64,000 nucleotides of DNA from an uncultured Candidatus Saccharibacteria bacterium (GTDB taxonomy: Bacteria > Patescibacteriota > Minisyncoccia > Phycocordibacterales > UBA9973). The DNA is taken from positions 25,678 through 89,677 of the forward strand of contig CAZQSY010000003.1 in assembly GCA_964596395.1 (NCBI GenBank), read 5' to 3'. The translations under genes and the position numbers were made by a program. Under the pieces are notes generated by a model, which was not told where the DNA came from, made no database searches, and saw only the letters and a list, made by a program, of their open reading frames with translations. How positions within the stretch are numbered: position 1 is the stretch's first letter; each line of letters opens with the position of its first letter. This document shows, piece by piece, positions 36,620 to 47,453 of the stretch.

Positions 36620-38764
36620 CTATTTCGCTATCGCTTCGGCTTCTTCGAGCTTTACTGAAAGAATTTTAGAGGCGCCGTCGGCTCCGATAGTAACGCCGTA
36701 TAAAATCCCGGCGCGAGACATCGTCTCGCGGTTGTGCGTCACCACCACCAGCTGGGAGTTTTTCGAAAGCAGTTCTAGCATGTCGCCGTATTTGCGCGAG
36801 TTGGCTTCGTCAAGCGCCGCATCTGTCTCATCAAGCACCAAGAAAGGCGGAGGGTTCACGTACGACATGGCAAAAAGTACGGCAATCGAAGTAAGCGACC
36901 TCTCCCCGCCCGAAAGGGCATCAAGCTCCCGCACCTTTTTGTGCGGCAGCGACACTTCTATTGCGAGCCCTTCTTCCGTTTCTTCCTCCTCTTCTTCTTC
37001 AAGCGCCTCCGTTTCCTCTTCGCTTTTTACCTTCCTTCTTTCCTGCGCCACCACCGACAGCAAAGCAGTCCCGCCCCCGAACATCAGCGCGAAAAAGTTC
37101 TGAAATTCCTTGTTGATTCTTTCAATCCCTTTCCTGAATTCAACGTCGATTTTTTCCTTCAACTCGGCAATCAATGAATTGATGGATTCTACGCTCTTTT
37201 CCAGGTCCAAGAGCTCTTTCGCCAAAAACTCGTCCCTTTCTGAAACCTCTTTAAATTCTTTGGCAACTTCTTCCCCTCCCCCGGCGCCCATGTCTTCAAG
37301 CCGAATTTTTATGCGCTCGATTTTTTTCCGCGCTTCTTCCTGTAAAACACGGTCAACTTTTTCATCTTCTTCTTCCTCCGAAGAAGGTTCTTTTTTGAAG
37401 CGAAGTATTTCTTCCCCGACCAGCACCACCCCTTCTTTTATTTCGTTTTCCAGAAAAAGCGCTTCTTTGGATAAATTATCCTCGCGCGCCCGCAGGAACT
37501 GGAGGGCAGAATTGAGTTCCTGTTCTTTAACTTTCAAAGAAAACTTCTCTTTTTCCAAAAGGTGCATCGACTCCATCTCTTTGTTTACTTCCCGCTTCAA
37601 GAGTTCCGTCTTTTCCAAAATCCTTTTTTCTTCGGACTTACCGTTTTCCAGCTCGGCCAGTAATTTGTCTCTCGAATTTTTAAGTTCGGCTACTTCGCGC
37701 TCTTCGTTTTGTTTCTTTTCAATCTGCTCCGGTGTGGTTTCTGCCAGGATGCTGCCGCACATGGGGCACTTCCCCGACACCTTCACCCTGTTTTCTTTTG
37801 CTTCCAGCATGCCCTCTATCCTGCCCAATTGCCTGCCTTTCTCGGCGCCTTCCGCCCGCAATCTGATTATTTCCTGTTCCAGCGTTTTAATTTCTCCGAT
37901 TTTCGCGCTGCCCTGCGGTGAAATATTCCCTTCTCTTTCCGCCAGCGAAATTTTAGAGGAAATTTTTTTTATCTCCTCCTCTAATCTGCTTTTTTCCCGG
38001 CTTATCGCCTTCCCTTCTTTTTTCAAATATGAACTTTCCTTCCTGAAATATTCAAAATAGAGCACTTTCAGTTCTTCCTGAATCTCTTTCGCCTTATCCA
38101 GCTTTTCCATCTGCTTCTTTAAAAAATTAAGATGCGGGGCGTTCTCTCGCCGAAGCATCGACACCTCTTTCATATTCTCTTCGGTTTTCAAAAGTTTCCG
38201 CTCCGATTCCCTTATCCGGTAGCGGTAAATTTTTAGGCCTAAAGCGTCCTCCACCATCTCGCGGCGCTCTCTGGGATTCGCGTTCAAAATCCTGTCCGCC
38301 TCGCCCTGGGAAATTATGTGGTGTCCCGACGAGCCGATATTCACCGAAGCAAGCAAACTGTTCACGTCTTTCAAACGCACACCTTCCCCGTTCAAAAGAT
38401 ATTCATTCAGCCCGTCCGAAAATACCTCGCGCCCGATAGAAACGGTCTCGTAATTCAAATTTACTTTCTCGCCCTCCTCGTTTGACAGCTGAAAAACTTT
38501 GTCGGAGTTGTTGAAATATATTGAAACCGCCGCGCGCGAACTTTTCGGCAAATTTTTGGAGCCCTTAAAAATCATGTCCGCGCCACTCCCGCCGCGCATC
38601 GACTTCATTGATTGTTCGCCCAAGACAAAGCGAATCGCTTCTACCACGTTTGATTTGCCCGAGCCGTTCGGGCCGACAATCGCCACAATCGGTTTCCCAA
38701 ACTCCAAAACCGTCTTTCGGGAGAATGATTTAAAACCGTTCAGTTCAAGATGTTTGAGCCGCAT
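36620..38764 (-). CDS. smc: SMC-family ATPase, miniaturised (714 aa) with a CPxC motif at the coiled-coil apex instead of a hinge domain
   Basis: N-terminus 'LELNGFKSFSRKT...IVGPNGSGKSNVVEAIRFVLGEQSMKSMRGGSGADMIF' is the SMC Walker A head. C-terminus 'LSGGERSLTSIAVLFAMSYVNPPPFLVLDETDAALDEANSRKYGDML...VVTHNRETM' is the signature, Walker B and D-loop. The middle is all coiled coil with 'KCPMCGS' near residue 330 and no globular GGxG hinge. It lies immediately downstream of rnc, in the conserved rnc-smc order. Confidence 0.7.
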   Translation of the reverse strand: MRLKHLELNGFKSFSRKTVLEFGKPIVAIVGPNGSGKSNVVEAIRFVLGEQSMKSMRGGSGADMIFKGSKNLPKSSRAAVSIYFNNSDKVFQLSNEEGEKVNLNYETVSIGREVFSDGLNEYLLNGEGVRLKDVNSLLASVNIGSSGHHIISQGEADRILNANPRERREMVEDALGLKIYRYRIRESERKLLKTEENMKEVSMLRRENAPHLNFLKKQMEKLDKAKEIQEELKVLYFEYFRKESSYLKKEGKAISREKSRLEEEIKKISSKISLAEREGNISPQGSAKIGEIKTLEQEIIRLRAEGAEKGRQLGRIEGMLEAKENRVKVSGKCPMCGSILAETTPEQIEKKQNEEREVAELKNSRDKLLAELENGKSEEKRILEKTELLKREVNKEMESMHLLEKEKFSLKVKEQELNSALQFLRAREDNLSKEALFLENEIKEGVVLVGEEILRFKKEPSSEEEEDEKVDRVLQEEARKKIERIKIRLEDMGAGGGEEVAKEFKEVSERDEFLAKELLDLEKSVESINSLIAELKEKIDVEFRKGIERINKEFQNFFALMFGGGTALLSVVAQERRKVKSEEETEALEEEEEEETEEGLAIEVSLPHKKVRELDALSGGERSLTSIAVLFAMSYVNPPPFLVLDETDAALDEANSRKYGDMLELLSKNSQLVVVTHNRETMSRAGILYGVTIGADGASKILSVKLEEAEAIAK

Positions 38765-38767
38765 TTT

Positions 38768-39472
38768 TTATTCAGTCCAGTTCTTCAGCTTTAGCGCCGC
38801 TTCGGCCGCTTTTTGTTCGGCCTCCTGTTTCGATTTCCCCCTCCCTTCGGTCACCAGTTCGGAACCAAAGAAAATTCCGACCGTAAAGTGCTTGTCATGG
38901 TCGGGACCGGTCTCGCGCAAAATTTTATAGGACGGAGTAACGCCGATAATTTCCTGCACCTTCTCCTGCACCAAGCTCTTGGCATCCCGCCAAAGTTTCC
39001 TGGAAACAATTTCTTCCGTTCTGGGAAGCAAAGTCGAAGCGATAAATTTTTTTGCCGTTTCGTATCCCTGGTCTAGATAAACCGCCCCGATATAGGCCTC
39101 GAAAGTATTGGCCAGGATATACTGCCGCGCCTTGCCGTTGTCTTTGGATTCCCCTTTTGAAAGTAAAAGATAATCGTTCATGCCGATTTTCGCGGCAATT
39201 TCTGAAATTATAATGGCGTTCACCAGCGCCGAACGAATAGCAGTGAGCTCCCCTTCGGTATGCGAAGGATACTTCCGGTAAAGAAAATCAGTCACGATAA
39301 GCTCCAAAATCGCGTCGCCAAGAAACTCCAGGCGTTCGTTGTGCGATAACTTGGAAGCCGGATTTTCATTGATATACGAACGGTGTATGAACGCCTGTTT
39401 TAGCAGTCCTTTGTCTTTGAAAATTATTTTTGTTTTTTTCTCAAACTCGGAAAAGTTTTTTGTTTTATCCAT
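38768..39472 (-). CDS. rnc: ribonuclease III
   Basis: '[20 protein letters not shown]' is the signature. A C-terminal dsRBD follows. Confidence 0.9.
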   Translation of the reverse strand: MDKTKNFSEFEKKTKIIFKDKGLLKQAFIHRSYINENPASKLSHNERLEFLGDAILELIVTDFLYRKYPSHTEGELTAIRSALVNAIIISEIAAKIGMNDYLLLSKGESKDNGKARQYILANTFEAYIGAVYLDQGYETAKKFIASTLLPRTEEIVSRKLWRDAKSLVQEKVQEIIGVTPSYKILRETGPDHDKHFTVGIFFGSELVTEGRGKSKQEAEQKAAEAALKLKNWTE

Positions 39473-40403
39473 TTCGTTTAAAATTACCTTTGGCTAAAAT
39501 CTCAACGGCCCTGCTTATAAGGGGAATTATGTCGCCGTAAATGCGCAACTCGGGAATCTCCGAGAGCTGAAACCATTTGGCGTCATCCAGCCCTCCGGAA
39601 GTTCCTAGAGATAAATCCTTGTACTCGGCCTCGCCCAGAAAATAAGTGACTCTCTTTAAAACTTTGCCGGTTTCCGGATGAGTGGCCACATATTCGTTTT
39701 CGCCGAGTTTTTCCTTGATTACAATATCCAGGCCAATTTCTTCTTTTATTTCCCTAATAGTGCCTTCTTCCACGTTTTCGTTTTCTTCAATGCGTCCCTT
39801 AGAAAGTGTCCAATACCCGAACACGTCGTGCACTAAAGCAATTAAGACACTATCGTTGTGCCGCGCGTAGACCAGCGCTCCACCGAGTTTCTCTTTGCGC
39901 ATTTGAGAAGTATCCGCGACCTCTTCCGTTTTGTTTTTTTTGCTGACCTGCTCTTTGCCGGGCTCGCCGATTTCCTTGTACACGGCACCCAGCACTCCGT
40001 TCACAAATTTGCTGGAATTCTCGCCCCCGAAGGTTTTGGCCAGTTCTATCGCTTCGTTAATGGCCACCTTCGGCGGCACTTCCTTGCGGTCTCCAAAAAG
40101 AAGTTCCGTCAGCCCGATGCGCAGGATATTCCTGTCTACGACAGAAATCTTATCCAGGGGCCATTCCGGGGCGGCTTTCTCTATTATTTCATCTACCACA
40201 GAACGTTTTTTGAGAACCCGTTCGGCTAGAAAAAAAACGAACGAATCGTCTTCGAGCCCGGGTGCGAACTCCCGCATGTTTCTCTTTATCGCTTCTTTAA
40301 CCTTTTCTTCATCGAAAGAGCCGGGATGTCCGGTTTCAGACATAAAATCCCGTTCAAAGAGGGCTTGGAGCACTATTGACCTTGAAAGGTGCCGATTCGC
40401 CAT
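39465..40403 (-). CDS. nusB: NusB-Nudix fusion protein
   Basis: N-terminal half '[14 protein letters not shown]...[28 protein letters not shown]' is a near-verbatim NusB signature. C-terminal half carries the Nudix box '[23 protein letters not shown]' (Gx5Ex7REUxEExGU). Confidence 0.7.
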   Translation of the reverse strand: MANRHLSRSIVLQALFERDFMSETGHPGSFDEEKVKEAIKRNMREFAPGLEDDSFVFFLAERVLKKRSVVDEIIEKAAPEWPLDKISVVDRNILRIGLTELLFGDRKEVPPKVAINEAIELAKTFGGENSSKFVNGVLGAVYKEIGEPGKEQVSKKNKTEEVADTSQMRKEKLGGALVYARHNDSVLIALVHDVFGYWTLSKGRIEENENVEEGTIREIKEEIGLDIVIKEKLGENEYVATHPETGKVLKRVTYFLGEAEYKDLSLGTSGGLDDAKWFQLSEIPELRIYGDIIPLISRAVEILAKGNFKRNG

Positions 40404-40466
40404 GAGTTAGATTCTAGTGTCTGGGTTATAGCTTCTAGAACCTAGACACCAGCAGCTAGCCGTTAA

Positions 40467-40697
40467 TTACTTCCCTGCTTCTGCTTTCTTCGCTTTTTCC
40501 TTTTTCTGCTTCTTTTCCGCTTTTTTCACCAGGTCAAGAACTTTTTTACCTCGGTAAAAACCGCACGAAGCGCAAACAGTATGGCCTTTCTTTGCCGCCC
40601 CGCAATTGTCGCATTTGGCAAAAACCGCCTGCGCAAGCGCGTGGTGCGAGCGACGGTTTCCGGTATGCGACCTAGTGCTTCTCATTCGTACTACCAT
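40467..40697 (-). CDS. rpmF: 50S ribosomal protein L32 (zinc-ribbon form)
   Basis: 'RSTRSHTGNRRSHHAL' plus 'CDNCGAAKKGHTVCASCGFYRGKKV' (4 Cys), followed by a Lys-rich tail. Confidence 0.65.
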   Translation of the reverse strand: MVVRMRSTRSHTGNRRSHHALAQAVFAKCDNCGAAKKGHTVCASCGFYRGKKVLDLVKKAEKKQKKEKAKKAEAGK

Positions 40698-40719
40698 AAT
40701 GGGGATAATACTAGCATCT

Positions 40720-40747
40720 TTGACAAAAAAAACAAGTTTGCTATTAT
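40720..40747 (+). promoter_or_regulatory. sigma70-like promoter for the thrS leader (TTGACA-16-TATTAT)
   Basis: ttgaca at 40720-40725 and tattat at 40742-40747. Confidence 0.5.
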
Positions 40748-40753
40748 TTTTAC

Positions 40754-40960
40754 GGTAGAGATTGTCGCGCCTACCAAACGCGAGCCACCTTCCGCCAGCC
40801 GGCGGAAGCGAACCTCAAAAAGCTAATCTACCGAAAACGAGAGTCCCCCGCTTAGACGGAGGAAAACCAGGTGGAACCGCGAGGAGATTTCGTAGCTTCC
40901 CCGTCCTGGCAAGAATGCGACCCGTCGCATTTTTACCAGAACGGGGATTTTTAATTTCAA
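40754..40960 (+). promoter_or_regulatory. T-box riboswitch leader (Thr-specific, ACC specifier) with terminator, upstream of thrS
   Basis: Stem I GTAGAGATT...AATCTAC, with a specifier loop containing ACC followed by A (cgcgcctACCAaacgcg). The T-box consensus AACCAGGUGGAACCGCG (40865-40884) matches AA..GGGUGGNACCGCG. The terminator hairpin CCCCGTCCTGG...CCAGAACGGGG plus AUUUUU (40899-40955) overlaps the antiterminator 3' half. Confidence 0.6.
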
Positions 40961-40964
40961 AAAC

Positions 40965-42758
40965 ATGGACAAAGAAAAATTGCAAGGCATAAGGCATTCG
41001 CTGGCGCATCTTCTGGCGGCCGCAGTATTGGAATTGCATCCGGACGCCAAGAACACCATCGGCCCGGCTATTGAAGACGGGTTTTATTACGATTTTGAAT
41101 TCTCTGCCCCTGTTTCCGACAAAGACCTCCCGAAGATAGAAAAGAAGATGAAGGAAATCCTGAAATCCTGGAAAGAATTTTTGAGCGAAGAGAAAAGCGA
41201 GGTAGAAGCAAAAGAATACTTCAAGAACAATATTTATAAACAAGAACTCATCGATGAGATAAAAACAAAAGGAGAAAAAATAACTTTCTACACCTGCGGA
41301 GGATTCACCGACCTGTGCCGGGGCGGGCATGCCGAAAATCCGAGCAAAGATATAGACCCCGACTCTTTCAAGCTCGACCGCGTGGCCGGGGCCTACTGGC
41401 GCGGGAATGAAAAAAATAAAATGCTAACGCGTATTTACGGTCTTGCTTTTGCGACAAAAGAAGAATTAGATGATTATATAAATCAACGGGAAGAAGCGAA
41501 AAAAAGAGACCATCGAAAGCTTGGTAAGGAATTAGACCTATTCCATGTTAACGACATAGTGGGATTAGGGCTTCCCTTATGGCATCCAAAGGGAGCACTT
41601 TTGTGGAGAATTGTTGAAGAATTTTGGTATAAAGAACATTTAAAGAATGGCTATGATTTGGTTAGATCTCCCCATATAGGAAATAAAATACTTTGGGAGA
41701 AGTCCGGTCACTGGGGTTTTTATAATAAATCTATGTATCCACCAATAGAAGTCGGTCAAACACTAGAAGAAAAACAACAAAATAAGAAAGTGGAAATTTC
41801 TGAAGAATATTTATTAAAACCAATGAATTGTCCTTTTCACATAGAAATTTTCAAAAATAATCCAAAATCTTATAGAGATCTTCCTCTACGTTTGGCTGAA
41901 TGTGGAACTGTTTATAGATTTGAAAAAAAGGGTGAATTATCTGGACTTACCAGAGTAAGAGGATTTACTCAAGACGATGCTCATATTATCTGCAGAAAAG
42001 AACAAGTTGAAGAAGAACTGAAAAAAGTAATAAATTTTATACTTTTTATTTATAAATCTTTCGGCTTTGATATAGAAACTGTAAAAGTTTTTCTTTCTTT
42101 ACGAGATCCAGAAAATAAGGAAAAATATGCAGGTAATGACAGTGGCTGGAATTTTACGGAAGAAGTATTGAGAAAAATTGCTATTGAAGAAAAATTAGAC
42201 TTCAAAGAAGAAAAGGGAGAGGCAGCTTTTTATGGACCTAAATTAGATTTCAAAATTAAAGATACATTAGGAAGATTATGGCAATGTTCTACGTTACAAT
42301 TTGATTTTAATTTACCGGAAAGATTCGACATAACTTTTACAAATCAAAAAGGAGAACAAGAAAGAGCTTATATGCTTCATCGTGCATTATTCGGTTCTTA
42401 TGAAAGATTCCTTGGTCTTCTGATAGAACATTATGCCGGGGCTTTTCCATTATGGTTATCACCTATACAGGTTAAAGTTATTCCCGTACGAGAAAATCAT
42501 AACGAATATGCTAAAAAGATTTTTGAATTATTGAAAGAAAATGGAATTCGCACCGAACTTGATGACAAAGAGGAAAATCTCGGTACCAAAGTTCGCGATG
42601 CCAAAAATAACAAGCTTCCTTACTGGATAGTTATTGGTGATAAAGAAATATCAGCTGAAAAGGTAAATCTAGAATCTCGCGACAAAGGTCAACTTGGTCA
42701 AATGTCAAAAGAAGAACTCCTCGCCAAATTTGTCGAAGAAATAAAAAACAAGAAGTAA
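40965..42758 (+). CDS. thrS: threonyl-tRNA synthetase (short form lacking the N-terminal TGS domain)
   Basis: It starts directly in the second additional domain (HSLAHLLAAAV). Class II motifs and the Zn ligands are present ('CPFHIEIF', 'HRALFGSYERFLGLLIEHYAGAFPLWLSP'). C-terminal anticodon-binding domain. Confidence 0.9.
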   Translation: MDKEKLQGIRHSLAHLLAAAVLELHPDAKNTIGPAIEDGFYYDFEFSAPVSDKDLPKIEKKMKEILKSWKEFLSEEKSEVEAKEYFKNNIYKQELIDEIKTKGEKITFYTCGGFTDLCRGGHAENPSKDIDPDSFKLDRVAGAYWRGNEKNKMLTRIYGLAFATKEELDDYINQREEAKKRDHRKLGKELDLFHVNDIVGLGLPLWHPKGALLWRIVEEFWYKEHLKNGYDLVRSPHIGNKILWEKSGHWGFYNKSMYPPIEVGQTLEEKQQNKKVEISEEYLLKPMNCPFHIEIFKNNPKSYRDLPLRLAECGTVYRFEKKGELSGLTRVRGFTQDDAHIICRKEQVEEELKKVINFILFIYKSFGFDIETVKVFLSLRDPENKEKYAGNDSGWNFTEEVLRKIAIEEKLDFKEEKGEAAFYGPKLDFKIKDTLGRLWQCSTLQFDFNLPERFDITFTNQKGEQERAYMLHRALFGSYERFLGLLIEHYAGAFPLWLSPIQVKVIPVRENHNEYAKKIFELLKENGIRTELDDKEENLGTKVRDAKNNKLPYWIVIGDKEISAEKVNLESRDKGQLGQMSKEELLAKFVEEIKNKK

Positions 42759-42759
42759 A

Positions 42760-44898
<2,139 letters not shown>

Positions 44899-45012
44899 TT
44901 AGTTAAAATAAATCAAAAAATAAAGGCAAAAATCACTTTCTGCTTGTACATAGTATAACAAAAACCAGCGCAAAAAACCAGCTTACCCCGTCGGTAGGCG
45001 GGGTCAAAATTT

Positions 45013-45235
45013 GAATAAAAAAATCCCCGAACGACACTGTGTGCCGTCCGGGGAGGACCGGACCTGGGGTGGCTATTTCTTATCGCCACCCCCAAGGTCT
45101 GGCCAATCCTTGGGTTCATCGAAGGGCCGCATAGGCCCTCCTTTCTTTTAGTTGCCGCTATCCGCGGTAGGACTCCCTTCTTGACTTTCAAAGGGAGAAA
45201 ATTGTGCTCAATAAATTGAATCCAATTTTCTCCCC
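45013..45235 (-). ncRNA. candidate structured RNA / regulatory leader upstream of gyrB with alternative antiterminator and terminator hairpins
   Basis: On the minus strand there is a series of perfect hairpins: GAGAAAATT/AATTTTCTC, GGGCC/GGCCC, CCCAAGG/CCTTGGG, GGTGGC/GCCACC. Then GTCCGG-TCCTCC-CCGGAC overlaps the terminator CCCCGGACGG...CGTTCGGGG plus U-run (45013-45052). No coding potential. Identity unknown. Confidence 0.3.
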
Positions 45236-45275
45236 TCAAAAAGAAAGATAAAGAACAAATTGAAAGAACTAAAAC

Positions 45276-45313
45276 AAAAACCAGCCCGTTTTCTAGAGGG
45301 CTGGTTTTTGTTT
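45276..45313. terminator. bidirectional intrinsic terminator (A5-CCAGCCC-gttttctaga-GGGCTGG-T5)
   Basis: Perfect 7-bp GC-rich stem flanked by an A-run and a T-run. On the minus strand it lies downstream of pheT. Confidence 0.55.
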
Positions 45314-45484
45314 TGTAAGTTTCTTTTTTGTGGAGATTATTTACAACGCAAGAATCAGACCTCTAGACCTTTTCGGCCAGACCTTAATAAAGAGGCGGTT
45401 ATTAATATATGCGTGTAAAACTTTATTCACAGTTTTTATGTATATCAAACTTGTTTACCCAAGTAAAGTGCCACCTGTGGATAA

Positions 45485-45553
45485 CCCGCACACTTACTTT
45501 TTTGATGCGCCCTGGGCGCATTGTAATCAATATCAAGAAAGTAAGTGTGCGGG
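45485..45553. repeat. 16-bp perfect inverted repeat (CCCGCACACTTACTTT...AAAGTAAGTGTGCGGG) enclosing an inner 8-bp palindrome (ATGCGCCC tg GGGCGCAT), 4 nt past the pheT stop
   Basis: Read directly from the sequence. It forms a long stem-loop in the pheT 3' UTR. Confidence 0.7.
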
Positions 45554-45557
45554 ATAA

Positions 45558-47450
45558 CTACCTCACCCGCCAGCCAGAGTTTTCCTCAAGCTTTGCTTTA
45601 ATTTTTTCCATCACGGCGTTGACTTCTTGGTCGGTAAGCGTGCGTTCGTACGATTGAAATACCAGCCGAAAGGCATAAGAGGTCTTATCCCCTTTTGTGA
45701 AAGAATCAAAAAGCGTCGGGCCTTTGATTACCATTTCTCCCGTATTTTCTTTGATAACTTTTTCTACTTTTGAAACTTCCACTCCTGACGGCACCCACAG
45801 CGCGATATCGCGAGCGATGAAAGGAAACAAAGACCAGGGCCTAAAAGCCGAACCCGTATGCTTTTCTGAATGGTCTGGTTGAGCCCGCTCTTCCAAAGAA
45901 TCTTGCGCGGGCGACCCGAGGACCTGAAGAAAAGCATCGGGTGAGGCGTCCTTACAAAATTCATCAAGCGTCATTTCTTTTATTCCCTTTTTATCGCCAT
46001 AAGCGACGCGTGCCTCTTCTTTGTCTTTCAAAAACACAGTTCCGATTTCAAAAATTTTAATTTCCTCCGCATCCAGAAGCGGAGCATTGAGCATGTTCAG
46101 CTTCAGACTCTCTTTCAGTCCGTCCGCCAAATTCGTCCGCAAATGTTTTTTGTCCGAGGCCGAAGCTAGCACTTCAACATCACCCTTATCTCTGAAAACA
46201 TAAGTCATCACTTCCGAGTACCCTTCTTCAAGCAGTTTGTTTCTTGCCCAACAAATCTTGGCGTAAGTATTATTTGCTTTCGGCTCGAATTCTATCTTCG
46301 GGATTTCTCCTTTTACCCTGTCGTACCCCAAAATCCTCCCAATTTCTTCTGCCATGTCTTCTTCAATCACCAAATCAAGCCGGAGAGGAGGGACGATAAT
46401 TTCAAACAAAACCCCCTCTGCCCCCTTATCAGGGGAAACTATTTTGTAAGGAAAATTATATCTCTTCAAGATTCCTTCGATCTCTTCCTTGGAAACTTCC
46501 AACCCCAGAATTTTTGAAATCTTTTCCGCGCTGAAAGTAAGTTTGTGTTCCGGCTGTTTCTTGGGATAAACATCCACGATATCCTCGAAAACCGCCCCGG
46601 GGCACATTTCGTAAATCAGAGCCGAGAGTTCTCGCATTCCATATTCGGCAAGCTCGGGAGACAAGTCGTTTTCGAAACGCTTGCGGGCGTCAGTAAAAAT
46701 GTTTTGCGTTTGCGCCGTCTTGCGCACCGATACCGGGTCAAAATTCGCTACTTCCAAAATTACATCCGAGGTACTTTCATCAACCTCGGCAATTTTTCCG
46801 CCTTTGATGCCGGCCAGCGCCAACACTCTTTCACCATCGGCAATCACCATGTTGGCGGGGCCGAGCTTTAATTCTTTGTTGTCTAGAGTTGTCATATCCT
46901 CCCCTTCCCGCGCCTGGCGCACTACCAATTTTTCTTTTACTTTTTTCAAATCAAAAACGTGCGTGGGCTGGCCGCAATTAAACATCACTAAATTCGCGGC
47001 ATCTACCATATTGTTTATGCTCCGCTGACCTATAGCTTCAAGATGCGCTTTTACCCAGTCGGGCGAAGGGCCGACTTTCACTCCCCTCACAATCCGCCCC
47101 ATGTACCGGCGGCATTTATCGCTCGCGATTTCTATCTTCAAGCCGGTCGGCCTGGATTCGGGCAATTTGTATTTCGGCGTCGGGTCGTTAAATTTTATAT
47201 CAAGCAGCGAAGCGAGCTCGCGCGCCACGCCCAAGTGAGAAAGCAAATCATGCGCCCGGTTCGGCAGAATGTTTATGTCAAAAATCACGTCGCCATCTTC
47301 TCTTTTTTCAACGCTTTCAACTTCGCACAAGTGATAAGTGAAAACATCCCGTAGTTTATCCACGTCGGGAACTCCCGCCTGTCCCCGATTATTCAGGAGG
47401 GCGGGCAGGTCCGGTATATACCATTTGAGCCAATTGTAGGAGATTTTCAT
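45558..47450 (-). CDS. pheT: phenylalanyl-tRNA synthetase beta subunit (short form)
   Basis: B3/4 and B5 domains plus the C-terminal class-II-like core. 630 aa. It follows pheS with a 3-nt gap. Confidence 0.9.
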   Translation of the reverse strand: MKISYNWLKWYIPDLPALLNNRGQAGVPDVDKLRDVFTYHLCEVESVEKREDGDVIFDINILPNRAHDLLSHLGVARELASLLDIKFNDPTPKYKLPESRPTGLKIEIASDKCRRYMGRIVRGVKVGPSPDWVKAHLEAIGQRSINNMVDAANLVMFNCGQPTHVFDLKKVKEKLVVRQAREGEDMTTLDNKELKLGPANMVIADGERVLALAGIKGGKIAEVDESTSDVILEVANFDPVSVRKTAQTQNIFTDARKRFENDLSPELAEYGMRELSALIYEMCPGAVFEDIVDVYPKKQPEHKLTFSAEKISKILGLEVSKEEIEGILKRYNFPYKIVSPDKGAEGVLFEIIVPPLRLDLVIEEDMAEEIGRILGYDRVKGEIPKIEFEPKANNTYAKICWARNKLLEEGYSEVMTYVFRDKGDVEVLASASDKKHLRTNLADGLKESLKLNMLNAPLLDAEEIKIFEIGTVFLKDKEEARVAYGDKKGIKEMTLDEFCKDASPDAFLQVLGSPAQDSLEERAQPDHSEKHTGSAFRPWSLFPFIARDIALWVPSGVEVSKVEKVIKENTGEMVIKGPTLFDSFTKGDKTSYAFRLVFQSYERTLTDQEVNAVMEKIKAKLEENSGWRVR

Positions 47451-47453
47451 AAA

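Noticed and set aside
45005-45280. Identification of the structured region as SRP RNA, RNase P RNA or 6S RNA
   Set aside because: I looked for the SRP domain IV GGAA/AGCAG motif, the RNase P GGAAAGUCCGG P4 signature and a tmRNA acceptor-like end. Only a weak CCAGGUCCGGUCC resemblance to SRP was found, so no identity is claimed.
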